Below, piece by piece: positions 1-13,873 of a stretch of DNA of 64,000 nucleotides. The stretch is from the NCBI GenBank assembly GCA_964106915.2, contig OZ066914.1; one strand, written 5' to 3'. Within the stretch, counting starts at the first letter, position 1; each line of letters opens with the position of its first letter. Origin of the DNA: Podarcis gaigeae. Lineage: Eukaryota. The notes under the pieces were generated by a model. That model saw only the letters and a program-made list of their open reading frames with translations. It was not told the DNA's origin and ran no database searches. A program made the position numbers and the translations under genes.

Positions 1-2399
1 TACAACCCAATGGCCTCATTCTCATGGTGACTACCCCAAATGTAATAACATTGCTCACATTGTCTTCTGTTTGCAAATACAATATGTAAAGATTTCCATG
101 TGCAAGTTGATGTCACCTGTAAAAAACCTGCAAAGCCATTCTCCAGCCAAGTAACATATACAAAAATGCATATACTAGGGTAAAGTGTGCATAAATATGC
201 ATGCATTAGGGAAAATAACATACTAAAATGTGTATTAAAGATATTTCCATGTTTCCTGTAAGATCCTATCTCCCCCCCCCACCCCAACCTATCATTGGAA
301 ACTCTGATTGTACAGGATTCCTAATCACAGGGAGATCCTGTGCATGTATGCCAAGCTGCCTTTTATGGGTACACTGACATTCTGTGTTAAATTTTGCCCA
401 TACGAAAATAATTCCCATGTTGGGAAAAGCACACACATGCTCATGTATGAAGTGATTAGTTGCACTGTGAATATTTATTGATGCCAGTGATACTGGCAAA
501 TGTATATATTCTTGCCAATACATTGAAATATAGTGTTGCATAGCCTGTGGAAAAGTACTTCCTATAGAGCTGGCTGCAGACTGCAGTCTCAGGGCTGGAT
601 AAATCATAATACTAAGTATGCTATAACAGAGGGCCTCTGTGGTGTTATTATCTGCAAATACCTGATACTGAAAAGTTCTGCTTATCCTGCACTGTACTCC
701 TTTAAGATTATATCTGAAAATGGGAATTTCATCATATGGTGGCATGTGTTTTTGAATACCAAAGTTAGTATCCTGACTAGTGAAAGGAATGCAACTGCTA
801 TGCTTTCCAAAGTGTAGCATATTTTAAGTGTGGTGTTAAGTAGAAAGAAGCAGTTTTGAGTTGTTTACATATGTGAGGCCTAAATACTTTAAAATGTGGT
901 TTCTTCTTTAACAAATGTTTAGCTGTTCAGTTATCAAAAGACAGGTAAAGAGTGCATGGAGAACAAAGCAGACAGGGCCTGGTTTTTCAGCATTCCTTCT
1001 GGAAACATTTCCTTGTCTTCAGTTGGCTTTTTCTGTTTCGTGGTATACCCCCTTTCCACTCTCAACTGTCATAGCAACTCTCCCAAATATTTATATGCGA
1101 CAGATACTGGCTACGGGAGTCATTTCCCTCCCTGTATTTTATGAAAAACTGTCACAAAAGCAGACGATGCTTTGTCATGCATGTACTTCCCGCTGTTTAC
1201 ACCTCAGCGTAGTAGGGTGTTAAACAAGTTACCTCACAGTTTTGGATTCTGTTGGCAGGCTGCCATGATTGATTGGCTTGCACAGGACACAGTGTCTGTT
1301 TCACTCTTTTTCTTTCTCTCCTTCCCCTGACAGGTAAAAAACTGACCTTTTTTCTTTGTCTTTCAAGGGGAATTGTTTTTGCAAGTGGAATTTTGCTACC
1401 ACTTGAGTTATGTGGCACTCCTTGTTCTGATAGCCAGTTCAACTGTTACATGGAAGCTGAACAAGAAGAGCTAGTAACTTCCTCTTTCCTTATTTATGTC
1501 TAACATATTAGGAGCCAGTGATAAGCATTGTGGGCATCTGGGTATATACAGTTACCATCTGAAAAGAGGCTTATCTGTTCCCCTTTTGAAAAGTTTGACA
1601 CTTGTTATAATGCATGTGACTTTTTTCTGTCAAGTGCTTCTGAAAGCCCCAAGGGAGTCACCCTGAAGTGATGGGGAGTCAGGAGGTGGTAGCTATGACT
1701 CAAAAGCATAGCCTTGCAAGTAGTCCAGAAAAGCTACAAGCCCACAGCATTTTTACAAGTCTACCTGACAATATAGATGTGAATTTAAAAGTCATTTCTT
1801 TGGTAGGAGATAATCTATAGTTTTTAGACCTTCTAAACCTTAAAAAGAACACCGCCATCTGTTCTGATATCATTGGGAGGGGGAGAAAAGAATGCTCAAG
1901 AACAATTAATTTTCCCCACCTTGATGTTAGGTGTTATGCCTGAACAGGGAATGTGAACATTAAAAGGGGATGTGAGGCTGTGCACCCACAAACATTTTTG
2001 CATTGAGTGGGAGGTTTTGAAGTTCCTGAGTGCATTTCATTCAGCATGCTAAGAAGTCTCCACACAGTCAGGAATTCTGATAAGAAAGGTGTCTTGGTTG
2101 CAGGGAGGCTTTTAACTTAGGAACCTCTTCAGAACTTCCCAGGCAATGAAGAAAGGAGCCAACACATGATCCTGGTCACCTTCCATTGGTTGAAAACTTT
2201 TAGCACTTCAGAAGGAAACCTCAGGCCTCCTCAGGTCATACACTGTACTTGATCTTTTTCCACAGTTTCAAGAATATGAATTTTTACCTTAAAATGTTTA
2301 ACAAGTGGCCAAGTTGTGCTTATTATTCTCCATCTCTCCCTCCCTCCCTCCCCCCCCTCTCTCTCTCTATATATATTCAGCTTCACAATGGCCTTTCTT

Positions 2400-2599
2400 T
2401 CTAGTGGTTGTTTGCTGCTGCTGCCTCCTCTGCACTTGCACTGCCATGGCTGTCTCCTCCATGCTCAGCCACCTCCTCAGCCAGTGCACTTGGAGGTGAC
2501 GGAGGCAGGCATGCGTAGGGGGCATAGGAGGAAGCTGAGTGTGGAGGTAGCGGCTGTGGTACATGTGCCCTATGTCGCCTCATGGATGGGCCAGCCCTG
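2400..2599. mobile_element. GC-rich fragment, probable end of a non-autonomous hAT element
   Basis: GC-rich island ending ...atggatgggccagccctg (CAGGG-type terminus). A similar end occurs at about 37030-37100. Left boundary and TSD not seen. Confidence 0.4.
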
Positions 2600-3810
2600 C
2601 ATATCCATCAAAGTATGCCAACTGTTGCTTCCTCCATGGCCTACTTTTCACGAAAAGAAAACATAAAAAGATAAGTTTTGGATGCAAACTGAAGAAGAAA
2701 CTAACAGGTATTAGTTTTACCCTGAAAGTAAATTATGGCTGTCCTTCTAAAAATAGCAAAATGAACTTGACAGTGCTCAGCTCAAATCAATGCCAACACA
2801 TTTTTAAAACTAGACCTTCTACCAATACTGATGAGCCTCAAAATTACTTTAAGCGATTTTGGCTTTCATGTATTTCTGCAATAGGAAATATATTACTAAA
2901 TATGTAAACATGCAGATGTTAGAGAGCTTTTTCTTATAACTGAGTGGGGGTAGTATCTTTCCTTTCCTTTTTTTGAATATCATAAATTTACTCAGATCTA
3001 CAGGAAACTGTTGCCTTTCCTTCGGGTTCCACAAAAGGTTGATGATTTTTTCCCGATATATAAATTAAGTTAAATTTAATAACTAGAACGGTTAATCAGG
3101 AATTGGCTTATAAAGGCACAGTTCATTTGTTAAATTGACAATCCCCTTTTTTAATTTTACCTAAAGTATTAATAAAATTATACATTATAGATAACAAAGT
3201 GAGCATGCCTATAGTAGGGTTGTTCTGGACATATGAATTGCATATTTTAAAGGTATCTGCTGTTTAAAGCAACCTTTTTTCTTACATTCTGAATCTACAC
3301 CTGAAGTAATAGGACTTCACCTGCAGAGTGAAGGCAGTGCCTCTGTGACATTAGCTTTTAGTCTAATCCCCACTCCCATCTCATTTGTTCCACAAGGAAA
3401 GCACAGTTTTTATGTATAGTTAGAATTTGAGAAATAACCTGCTGATGCTAAATGTTTGAAGGGGGGAATCTCACCAATAGAACATAATGCATTTGCAAGG
3501 AGGTTCTTCCAGGTAAGGACCAAATTAGACATTACCTGAGAGTTCCATGATTAATTCTTTCTTAAGAAGCATATTTTCCCTGTGAATTCCAAAAATTATC
3601 CAGTCCCAATTATCATAAAATTGTGCACATAAGTCCCCCCCCCATAGCAGTTTGGGGAGGAACCAGAAGCAGAGCATAGGCACATAGATAACGGGTTGTA
3701 TCCAATCCAGATCTCCCCCTTTCCCTGCTCACTGTACCACTATACAAAAATTTTACAGGTAGAATCATTATATAGATAGAAAAATGGGCAAAAGTAGGTG
3801 TTATGTGCAA

Positions 3811-3813
<3 letters not shown>

Positions 3814-3842
<29 letters not shown>
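3814..3842. repeat. (CA)n microsatellite
   Basis: Direct reading. Confidence 0.95.
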
Positions 3843-3844
<2 letters not shown>

Positions 3845-4534
3845 AAAGGCAGCCAACTAACTAGTCCTGAAAATTCAGACTAGTTCAGATCTTTAAGAAA
3901 ATGTCCACATTTTAAAAATTAAAGCTCAATTGCTATTTCCACTTGCCTTTTACACAGTTTATATTAGGAAGGACAATTGCAGGATATGATACACACATCA
4001 AGTTTGAATGCAGCTGTAAAAATTTCTTAATAGAACATAACGTAATTTCACCCCAGTAGATGTTAATAATACTAATTTTTGGAGCTTCTTTTACAGCCTT
4101 TTAGGCAAAAGAGTACAGGATAATAATTATAAGAGCTCCAAACAACATTTTCTCATGTTAGGTCACCTCTAAACCATATGTATAAGAACATTTAAGTTTA
4201 ATTTCCTTTAATGGACATGGCATATATTGACCAATGACTACACTTTTAAATCTGCTGCAAATGTGTATGAAGCCATCCAGACTTAGAGTCACATTAGAGC
4301 CAAATAAATGGTTTTACATTACTTATAATCATGTAATTTTTCTCTATAAAAGAAATACTTAAAAGCCAAATTCCGGTCAATGGCCAAAGCATTGCTGGCA
4401 TGCTGAAAATGAAACAAAAATACAACCCTGAGCTATTAGATTTTTTTATGATCCATGGAGTTCTGTCCTAAGAGCATTCCTTCAGGACCCACCGCAGTAT
4501 ATGATTTCTAAGATCACAAGGATTTGTTTTAAAC

Positions 4535-4670
4535 CAGTCTTCCCCAATTTGGTGCCTTCCAGGTGCTTTGGACTATAGCTTCCATCATTTCCAACCATGG
4601 GCCATGATGGTTAGGGCTGATGGGAGTAGGAGCCCAAAAATATTTGGAGGACACCAGATTGAGGTAGGCT
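4535..4670. mobile_element. Degenerate copy of the ~135-bp hairpin hAT MITE family
   Basis: ggactatagcttccatcat ... gatgggagtag ... ggaggacaccag resembles the intact copies at 15743 and 50383. Confidence 0.6.
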
Positions 4671-6190
4671 ATTTTGAACACTTCTTCCTGACGAAGCTAG
4701 CTAAACTAAGTGGAACTATTTGAAAGGCTATCCTGTCACTACAGTCATCAAAATAACATAATGTGTTATGCAAATGTAGAAAGTGAAAGGATGTGAGAGG
4801 GAAATGAGTTAATTTAGGGAAGCCCTGAGGTAACTTCCTGCCAGAAAAGCAAGTACAAATATGTTTTATTCTCTTCATTTCATATTATGCAAATAATGTA
4901 CAAGCCTATCCAAAGATTATAAAGTTATTATTCTATCCCAAAAGGAAAATGTGAGGTGGGACTATATTGCTATGCTGTTTGTTTAATTAATTTCTTTTCT
5001 TTTATTACAGTTTTATTTTGTATTTAAAAAATCAAATGAAATAAAAAGTTTAAACAATTAATATTGGAAATAATATGCATACAAGGAGAAAAAGCTAACC
5101 TGAAATATGACCAATTAGCAATGTAATTTCCAACAGAGCTGTCAACCTATTAAAGGCTTTTAGTTGATTAATGGCATTGTTTTTAACTGATCAATCCAAG
5201 TAACTAATTAAAATAAACATTACAGTGTGCAGTCCTTGACCATTGAAATCAATGGGAATTCTTCCATAGGCTTGAACAGAATCATAACTAAAACCCTTCA
5301 GATCTCAGTGCAAGTATGTTTTCGCAAAGATAGCATGTTCCTTGAACTAATTGGCACAACTACCAGCACTCCACATCCTTTCATACTGGGCATCTCCAAT
5401 TAAAATTTCACTGTAATTAATTCAGCAATTGATCAATTAATTGGATAATCCACTTCCTTGCTCTTTTCTTCATTATCGTAATGATAACATATGTTTAAAA
5501 GTTCTGCAGGGTCTCTTAAGATGACCAGGGGCCATACTTGCTGATTACTGAATATTGCCTATGAATATGTGAGGAAGTGATCATCTGTAGTCTCTGACTG
5601 AATTCAGCATCACTGCCTCCACTTTTCTACAGCTGTTTGGATCTGGGGCAGCATAGGATAGTAATGCTGGGATTAATCATATGTCTGAAGGTGACAGGTG
5701 ACTATTTCTGCATTACCTGAGCCAACCCATATGCACATTTCACTGCTCATATGAGGTTTACCCAATATATCCAGCAAAACATTAAGAATGTGGCCAGTCA
5801 GCTTCCATGAGTGTAGGTTGCTCCAAAACCAGAAGTCCCTACTCAAGGAATCTGATATATGATCTGTGGGCCACCATATAAACATTACACTATTTGTGTG
5901 AACACTTAAATGCACATGCCACCCATCTGAGGTGACATACAAACTCACTCAAGAGAGCTTTCTGAGAAGAGTTGAACCAGAGTGTAAATAATGAGAGCAG
6001 AGAATGCATATTGTATGGAACCATTTTACAACTAGAACTTATACTTGCACGTGTCACTAGAATCCATGCAAAATGCCTCAAAGCTGTGCATGGGGATTTA
6101 GCTGCACAATGCTCATTTAAGACATCCAACTTTAAGGAGCTCAAGGAAAGCAATGCTCAGTGGCTCAATAGATTTGTTACAGCAACTCAC

Positions 6191-6299
6191 CCTCTGCATC
6201 TTCTGGCCTTGTAAGATCAATGACTCCTGGGCCTAGTTTTCCATCTTCACTGGGCTTCCCTGATAGCTGTGGGCCTAAATTCTCATAGCGTGTTCTTTC
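6191..6299 (-). CDS. SOX6: SOX6 internal coding exon E (109 bp): [36 protein letters not shown](G)
   Basis: Translated by hand (not in the ORF track), matches the SOX6 pre-HMG segment [11 protein letters not shown]. Acceptor ttcggcAG (6300-6301), donor GTgagt (6189-6190). Phase 0 in, phase 1 out. Confidence 0.96.
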
Positions 6300-7098
6300 C
6301 TGCCGAAGAGAAAGGAACATTAAGATTTCCAGTCTGTTCATGTCTGAATATCTTGAGTGTATTCATTTTCTATTATACTTCCCTGCCCCTCTGGCTACCA
6401 CCTGCACTCCCCCTGCCCTCCATACTAATATGTCAGTCCTTTCTTGATTTCCACTTCCACATCTTCTTGTCCATCTAACAGAGGTTGCAAGTCATATTGG
6501 CAGGTAAATCTTTGTTCCTTACATTGCCCAATCCCACAGTTGGTACCTAAGCATGAGCTAGTACTAGTAACAGATACAGGCTATGTTTTTTTTTTAGAAA
6601 GAACACAGATATTGTTTAACTGCAGGTATCAGTTTAGAATTTAGTGTCCAAAATCTAGTTTTCAAATATGCAATACCCCTCCAGTACTGATTAAATGTAT
6701 GATGAATTAATATTCAAGCCAGTTCCTAAGTTATCTTAGCACCATGGTTGACTCTTCTGTGGTGCTTGCTTCCTGTGCTGCTAAATTTAAAGTAATGAGG
6801 AGCCCATGTTGAAGGTGTCTACAAGATGATTATTTACCATAGCAACAGGGAAAGGGTGATGCCAGTGTGGAAAGTTATCCTATCCTACATTCCTCTCATA
6901 TAAGGGCAAAGATATGTGGACGTAGCAGCCCCACCACTTTGGTAATGTACCAACTGGCTTTTGGAAGTTAGCTTATTAACACCTTTGACTCACTAAATCT
7001 CTTAATAACAGAAAACCCACAACCACTATGTATTTTACTACACAATGAAACAAATAATTGTGTGAAAAATTAAATTGATTATTGCTAGGCAATAGCTT

Positions 7099-7109
7099 TA
7101 ATAATAATA

Positions 7110-7158
<49 letters not shown>
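7099..7158. repeat. (AAT)n microsatellite
   Basis: Direct reading, one interruption. Confidence 0.95.
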
Positions 7159-7160
<2 letters not shown>

Positions 7161-7303
7161 TATTTATATCTCACCCAAAGCCGGGCTCAGGGCGGCTAAC
7201 AACAATAAACAACCCATTACAGTTCAGGTAAGTATAAAGTAGGGCAGGTAGCATTACTGTGGTGTAGAAATGAGGGATTGCGGCAGAAGCTCTAGAAATT
7301 ACT

Positions 7304-7382
7304 AAGAACACAAGAAGGAGATCCTGCTGGACAAGGTCAATGGTCCATCTAGTCCACTATCCTGTTCCCATAGTGGGCAATG
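7304..7382 (-). mobile_element. CR1 LINE 3' end fragment
   Basis: aagaacacaagaagga...ctgctgga...ggtccatctagtcca...tcctgttcccatagtgg is similar to the reverse complement of the CR1 tail at about 54600-54679. Confidence 0.6.
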
Positions 7383-8328
7383 CCCAATAACAATGCACAG
7401 TCCTATATTTCTTAAATGACCTTGGGAGAAAGATGTTGGCATTTGAAAAAAAACACACGCTAAAATTCAAAACTTAAAAAGCACTTTCTACTAAAACTCG
7501 CTAATTTAATGGAAAAATCACCACCAGCACAACCACCACTCCTCTCATCGAGATATGCGTTTGCATTGGAACCCTTGAGAAAACACAAGTCTGAATTTTA
7601 TGCAAGAGGCTTTCAAAGACAAGTATTTCAAAGAAGGAATACTAGATGACAGAAATGGTACTATTATTTTGTCTAGAAATTTGAACTGAAACTCAATGGG
7701 AATTTTAAAAGAGAGAGCAAGAAAAAGAAAGGGCTGTGTTTGTTCCCAGAATAAACAACATTTCTGTGTGCTGTAAACTTCTGCTGTAAAACTAGATCAA
7801 GAGACAATTTATGTCCTCAAAATATGAGAGGACAAGAGCCTTGAAACAATATGGCAGCACATCTCTTCTGACAGTGGCAGCCTCAGTGGTACTCTGTCTG
7901 CAGCAACGTGCTAAATAGTTATCATTAATGTATTGTTCTCGTGGAAAAAAACCAATGTGTTCTCTATCTTGTCTTGTTGATACTTCTTAAGACTGAACTT
8001 GGCATTGTGTTGAGAATGAACAAAACACTGTTGTTCATTATTATGAAACTATTAAATGTCATGTCATCTTGAATTTACAGACATGAAATGCCAGCTTTCA
8101 GTTTTGTGAACAGTTTTCTGTACGTTATACTTGATGCATTATGCAGAAGAAGATTGCTGATTGCTGTTCACTCTATTGTTCAATGACCTAGTTCTGTACT
8201 GAGCATTTTACACATTAGAAGGAAAACAGTACCAAGTTTATTCCCTGAAGAATTGCTAAGGAACCTGGTATTGGTCTTAACAAGCAAAGTGGCTCTCACT
8301 TGTTTGCTCAAATCTCTCTGCGTTGGTT

Positions 8329-8473
8329 AGAATAATAGAACTGTAGCACTGAAATGGGACTTGAGGGTCATCTAGTCTAACCCCCTGCAACCCCCTCTTT
8401 TTGCCTAGTGAGAGGCTTTAAACCCACTACCCTGAGATTAAGAATCTCATGCTCTACCGACTGAGCTATCCCA
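8329..8473 (-). mobile_element. tRNA-Lys(CTT)-derived SINE with CR1-type 3' tail
   Basis: Minus strand reads gatagctcagtcggtagagcatgagattcttaatctcagggtagtgggttt (tRNA-Lys-like head with A box), then ggttagactagatgaccctcaagtccc...ttctattattct (CR1 tail). Confidence 0.8.
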
Positions 8474-9308
8474 GGAGGGATTTGCTGTTCTAGTCAGATC
8501 GTTTTCAGAAAACAATTGCTTACTAATTAGTTCTCGGTAACCAAGAAGATGTTTAGATTCTTAAAATATTGTTTAGCTAATATTTGGAGTATTAAGGAAA
8601 GATGCCAGGCACTGTGTAAAAATGCAGACTAAGCTTCTTTTCCAGGCCAGGTCATCATGTGGGGAGAAGTTGTTAAGGTGCTGATATCTAGTTATCAATA
8701 CATCAAAGCAAGGTTTTCGAGTCTGGGCAAACGGAGGTTGCCAGGGTGGCAGTGGGCAATGATGTTAAAGGGGGGGGGGTGTATCTTGCAAAGAGTTTCC
8801 GGGAAGAAGAAGCAGGAAGTGGGTAGAATGCCATATGGGGCTGAAGAAGAAGCCATTGCCACAGGAACAGACAGCATGGCTGATTCATCTACTTGTAGAT
8901 TTGTGCTGGCTGCTTCGGAGGGCAACAAAGGACTCTCTTGTGATGATAGTGTTGGGAACTCTATCTAGATGCAGGTTGTGAATATGTATAAACCATATTT
9001 CCTAAGACACTACAGCCTCTCTTCTGTGCCTTAATTTTCCAACGGAAACACAAACCCTGGTTTACCAAGAATCTTGCACCGCTGGGCAGACATTGAGGTG
9101 ACGTGTAGTAATATTAAAATGTTTAAATAATAACAGGCGGGCCAGGGGGTGGGAACCAACATTACACTAAATTGAAGTACAGGTGTTTACTGCATCACTC
9201 TGCTTGCATAACCTTAACATTCAACCATTTTCAATGTTTCTTGAAGTCTCCCATTTGCTGAAAAACTATATTGTCATTATTAATTTCCCACTATAAGGTG
9301 TATTGAAC

Positions 9309-9665
9309 GGGACGCGGGTGGCGCTGTGGGTAAAACCTCAGCGCCTAGGACTTGCCGATCGCATGGTCGGCGGTTCTAATCCCCGCGGCGGGGTGCGCTC
9401 CCGTCGTTCGGTCCCAGTGCCTGCCAACCTAGCAGTTTGAAAGCACCTCTGAGTGCAAGTAGATAAATAGGGACCGCTTACCAGCGGGAAGGTAAATGGC
9501 GTTCCGTGTGCTGCGCTGGCTTGCCAGATGCAGCTTGTCACACTGGCCAGGTGACCCGGATGTGTCTGCGGACAGCGCTGGCTCCCGGCCTATAGAGTGA
9601 GATGAGCACACAACCCTAGAGTCTGGCAAGACTGGCCCGTACGGGCAGGGGTACCTTTACCTTTT
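9309..9665 (+). mobile_element. Full-length Sauria SINE
   Basis: Head gggacgcgggtggcgctgtggg, core cctgccaacctagcagtttgaaagcac, tail (acctt t)n. 15-bp TSD tataaggtgtattga at 9292-9306 and 9666-9680. Confidence 0.93.
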
Positions 9666-10543
9666 TATAAGGTGTATTGAGATAATGCTGTTGTGATATG
9701 CAAAAATACTGAAACAAAGAGCACTGAGAAGAAACGTAACTATTGGTTACAGGTAGGCAGGCACAACATTCAGTTGAAGAATGCTATAAGGTCCAATAGT
9801 AATACCTCACTATCAGAATGGATCTTGCTTTGCTGGTGCAAAGGAATGATTCTACCCCCTGTCCCCCGGGGACCCACATTTAAAATAGAAGAGTTGGATT
9901 AGACCTTTCTTTAAGTTCCTGCAGTTGGGAAGTAATTGGCATTTTGTACACTGTGTTTCTTTTCTTTCTTTTTTCTAATATTTGCATTTAAAATATTTCT
10001 ATAAGGAGTGTTAATGTGACACCTGCAATTTTCATGGCAAAAACCTAAGTTTTGTGTGCTTTGGGGGGGGGAGGGAAAATAGCACTCCACTTAAAAAAAA
10101 AAATCAACAGAACCTTCTATGTATCAATATGCACATTTGAAGTATCCTTCTAGTCATTCATTCCCTTTGATTTTCTCCAGAAAATATTCTGTGTTATAAA
10201 GAAAGTTTCTGAAAGAATATCAATATTTTGACACTGAAAGAGAAAAGGGAAAATTACATGATAAGGCTCAGGAACTGTGAGGAAGAGAAGCGTACATGGT
10301 AATAATACCTAAAAGAATTGAGGTGAATCTATGATTTTGTAATAACCTTCAATGTCTCATTCTTTTGAAATATATTGACTGCTACAATTCTGTATGTATG
10401 GTTTCATTTTTCCACTTAAAAGTATACCTCATAGCAATAGTAACTAATTTTCAGGAAAGCTGTAAATTAAAAAAAACCTATTACAACATAATTGGTAAAT
10501 ACAAACCTAAGTGTATTTCTGAAGACAAGAACAATTTAGACTG

Positions 10544-10627
10544 GACTCCTATGTATATTTACCTGAGAGAAAGCCCAGTTGAACATAGGGAATTATTTCC
10601 AAGTAAACATACATAGGGATCACAGTC
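10544..10627. repeat. Short (~85 bp) imperfect-palindrome interspersed repeat; related copies at about 39285-39365 and 48940-49025
   Basis: cctatgtatatttac ... gtaaacatacataggg folds back on itself. The other copies share a gtaag...taggattgcag-like end. Confidence 0.5.
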
Positions 10628-12054
10628 AGGTAAATAAATACATCTGTAATTGAACTAAACTAAGCAAATTATAAAGGAGTACAAATTGCAAATTCATTAA
10701 TAGGAAATGGTCTGTATAATTTAGAATACGTTCAGTTGTGTACGCTGTTCTCATGCACCTACCCAAATTCTATTTAAATTCCTATTTATAAGCATGCATG
10801 TCCATATTCATTTAATGATATTCATGTCTGAAAATAGCACATACTTGTGAAAATTTACACACACACACACAAAAATTACTTACTTAAAAAAACCACACAC
10901 CTGTCTTACACATCCATAGAGATAGCTTATTTATCCTCAGGAAACCCTGAGCTCATTTTTTGTTTATTTCAAACTAAACTGCTTCTTGTAGGCATAAGGC
11001 CCTGAGCCTATATCTTGAGTAAAGTAAGTGCATTACGCCATGGGGCATAATGAACATGGAACAGAATTCTAACTCAGATCATGATTCCTGGAAAACCAAG
11101 AGGGCTAATGCTTTTAAAGTGCACAGTCTATGTCTAAGTACAAAATGGACTCTTGGCTACTTGGAGATATAGAGAAACCTACTCATTGCTACTTTCGTGG
11201 TTTTGGGATGACAACACGTTGGGACGGGATTCATTTTACTAACAACCAAACCTTCATTTTCCATTCAGTGACACGATTAGGCACTTATTTATGCATTGTC
11301 AGGCACAAACATGCAGGCAGTATAAAAGTTATTGAAAAAAAATTAAAGCCTGCTTCGCTGTGTCGCAGGACTGTTGGTTAAGTGCTTTGAAATGATGATC
11401 TATGAGGTAGATGTTGCATATTAAATAAAGATATTTAAATGATAAAGCCCCCTTTAGTGAGCACTGATGAATGTTAAATGTTCCAAGCCACAAAGCTGAG
11501 CCATCCGTCATATTCACATGTTATCACAGTCAATGATGGAGCAACCCCAGTGATGACAGATGGACTTTGAGATTATTATCCCCTTATTTCCAGAGTCACC
11601 AAACCAGTCTCCTACTCAAGCATTATTTTTAACTTTGCATTAAATTAAAAACTTCCTCCACACTTCTGTGGTGGGAATGATCAATGCTTTCCTCCTGGGT
11701 GTAAAAGGCAAATGGACTAGTGTAGTCAACTGAAGGAAATAGGGAAAGAAGCCTGCTCATCCACTGGAAAAATCGGAGTGGGCGGCGGGGGGGGGGGGGG
11801 CGAAGAGAGAGAAAGAGAAGGCTGCTGGAAACTTCAGCTAAGTAGAATAAATATAAAATTGTGATCTCGGGGAAGAAAAGTAATGATAACAGTAAGCACA
11901 TAATAATGGCTTTTCTCTGCACTTAGGTAAAAGCTGAATTTTTGATGTGCACAATATATTTTCATAAAATTTTATATACTATGTTTTATACACTTATTGG
12001 CTATTCCATAATAATGTGTGCGCTAACAGTAAAATTGCTCCCAAATTTATGTGT

Positions 12055-12266
12055 NNNNNNNNNNNNNNNNNNNNNNNNNNNNNNNNNNNNNNNNNNNNNN
12101 NNNNNNNNNNNNNNNNNNNNNNNNNNNNNNNNNNNNNNNNNNNNNNNNNNNNNNNNNNNNNNNNNNNNNNNNNNNNNNNNNNNNNNNNNNNNNNNNNNNN
12201 NNNNNNNNNNNNNNNNNNNNNNNNNNNNNNNNNNNNNNNNNNNNNNNNNNNNNNNNNNNNNNNNNN
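12055..12266. other. Assembly gap (N run)
   Basis: 212 Ns. Confidence 1.
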
Positions 12267-13699
12267 AAACCATTCCATATAGTCTGAAGTAAACGGCTTG
12301 CTATAAATGATATTTATACCATCTTTAAGCATGTGAGAATACTTGGACAAGTTTGGCAAAACTGTTTCAGTACAGCAGTGGATTGTGTACTTAAATAACA
12401 GTTTATTTGCCAGCAAGGCAAGGGTTTGTGTGTGTGTGTTTTCAAACCATATGAAAGAAGATGACTGATTGCATTCATCTCTTGAAAAACAATATATGAA
12501 ATGTAATAATACACCAGGCCCCCTCCCTTTTGGATTACCAAGACTGATCAGACTATAACCATTCCTCAAATTATTTCAACATGTCGTTCCCACCCCCCAC
12601 CCCCTTCTATGTATGCAGACGCTGAAGTGGAAAATGGCATACATAGTTGGACAGTGATGTAATACCTTTTATTTCAAGAGTCTAACTTAGTAGTTACCAA
12701 CATTTATTTCAAGAGCCAATTTTGAGACTCCTTGTTAATGTGGGTCATTTACAGAAGCCACAGAGTAAATGCCTTTGGGACCGTTACACACTCTGCGGAC
12801 AGTATTCCAGTTGCAAAGTGTGCAGACAATTCCAGGATGTTGTCTTTACATGCACGATACATTAAAGTTAAGTTATTCCATATTAAGCCCACTCAAGAAA
12901 CAATAACACCAGTGTCTTGTTTCCCGCTTGTTCCTTCCCTAAACCATATTGGCTGAGTCCTGGAAGACCTTCCCAACTGGCCTGCGAAGGCAGGGCCCTT
13001 ACTGAGTCCACCTACAAAAGCCAAGGCTGCTGAACAGACTTTTTGGCTAGGGAATTGTTTAAGGGGGCTGTTGGGGGGACAGTTGTGGCTGTTACTGATA
13101 TTCATATTTTGTATCTACATTTTTAGTTGCTATGATTTATGTGAATTTTTTTCAGTTTGGCTGTGTACTTTTTGTGTGTTTTATTTGTTTACAACTACTT
13201 TTGTTATATTTGTAATTATGTACATTTTTTCATGTTGTGAGCCACCTTGACAGCATACAAATAAAATGTTTTATGTGTGTATGCATGTTCCTCTGTTCAA
13301 GTACAGATATAATAAATGAACAGAAGGGGAATGTTTTCAAAACCTATTTAGATATTTTTCTAGAAAAAAGTGCTTGTCATTTCTACACTCATAGCAGAAT
13401 TCTGTGGGCATTAAATCCCAAAACAATGGAGGACAAAACTCCAGACTTTTAAGCAAGTGGTTTAAGGTAGCCATGACAACATAGTTGTGCTTGGTTCAGA
13501 CATATAGATTTGCTTTCCAAACTAGTGCACAAAGAACAGTGCTCTGGAAAAACTTACAAATACCTCCATTTTTCTCTGCAAGGTCAACTTGTGCATTGTC
13601 CAAAGACTTTCCATTACTTGGTGGCAGTGGCTATTAGCAAATTAAATCACTCTATGCTTGGAATCTCTGACAATATTCTAGGCACAACAAGAGTCATTA

Positions 13700-13873
13700 A
13701 AAATGGACATGCGTGGGTTGCGATTTGGCTCTTCTGTGCATGCGCAGAGCGTGATTTAGCGCTTCTGTGCATGTGTGACCACCGAAACCCGGAAGTAACC
13801 CGTTCCGGTACTTCCAGGTTTCAGTAGTCCGTAACCCAAAAAAACGCAACCTGAAGCAGCCGAGGTATGACTG
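13700..13873. mobile_element. Truncated Tc1/mariner (Tigger/pogo-like) MITE, one end only
   Basis: Ends ...cgaggtatgactg|TA, the same terminus type as the 28776-29025 element, with CpG-rich internal sequence. Confidence 0.65.

Noticed and set aside
266-820. 184-aa minus-strand ORF
   Set aside because: No recognisable domain or SOX6 similarity, non-ATG start in the track, intronic. Treated as a chance ORF.
1-6190. SOX6 HMG-box exons and 3' UTR
   Set aside because: No HIKRPMNAF-encoding sequence found. These exons must lie beyond the left edge of the window.
8410-8473. Possible functional tRNA-Lys gene
   Set aside because: T-arm/B box and acceptor stem are degraded and it is fused to a CR1 tail, so it is a SINE.
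11942-12569. ORFs spanning N runs (also at 33190-33462 and 51402-51672)
   Set aside because: Artefacts of translating assembly gaps.
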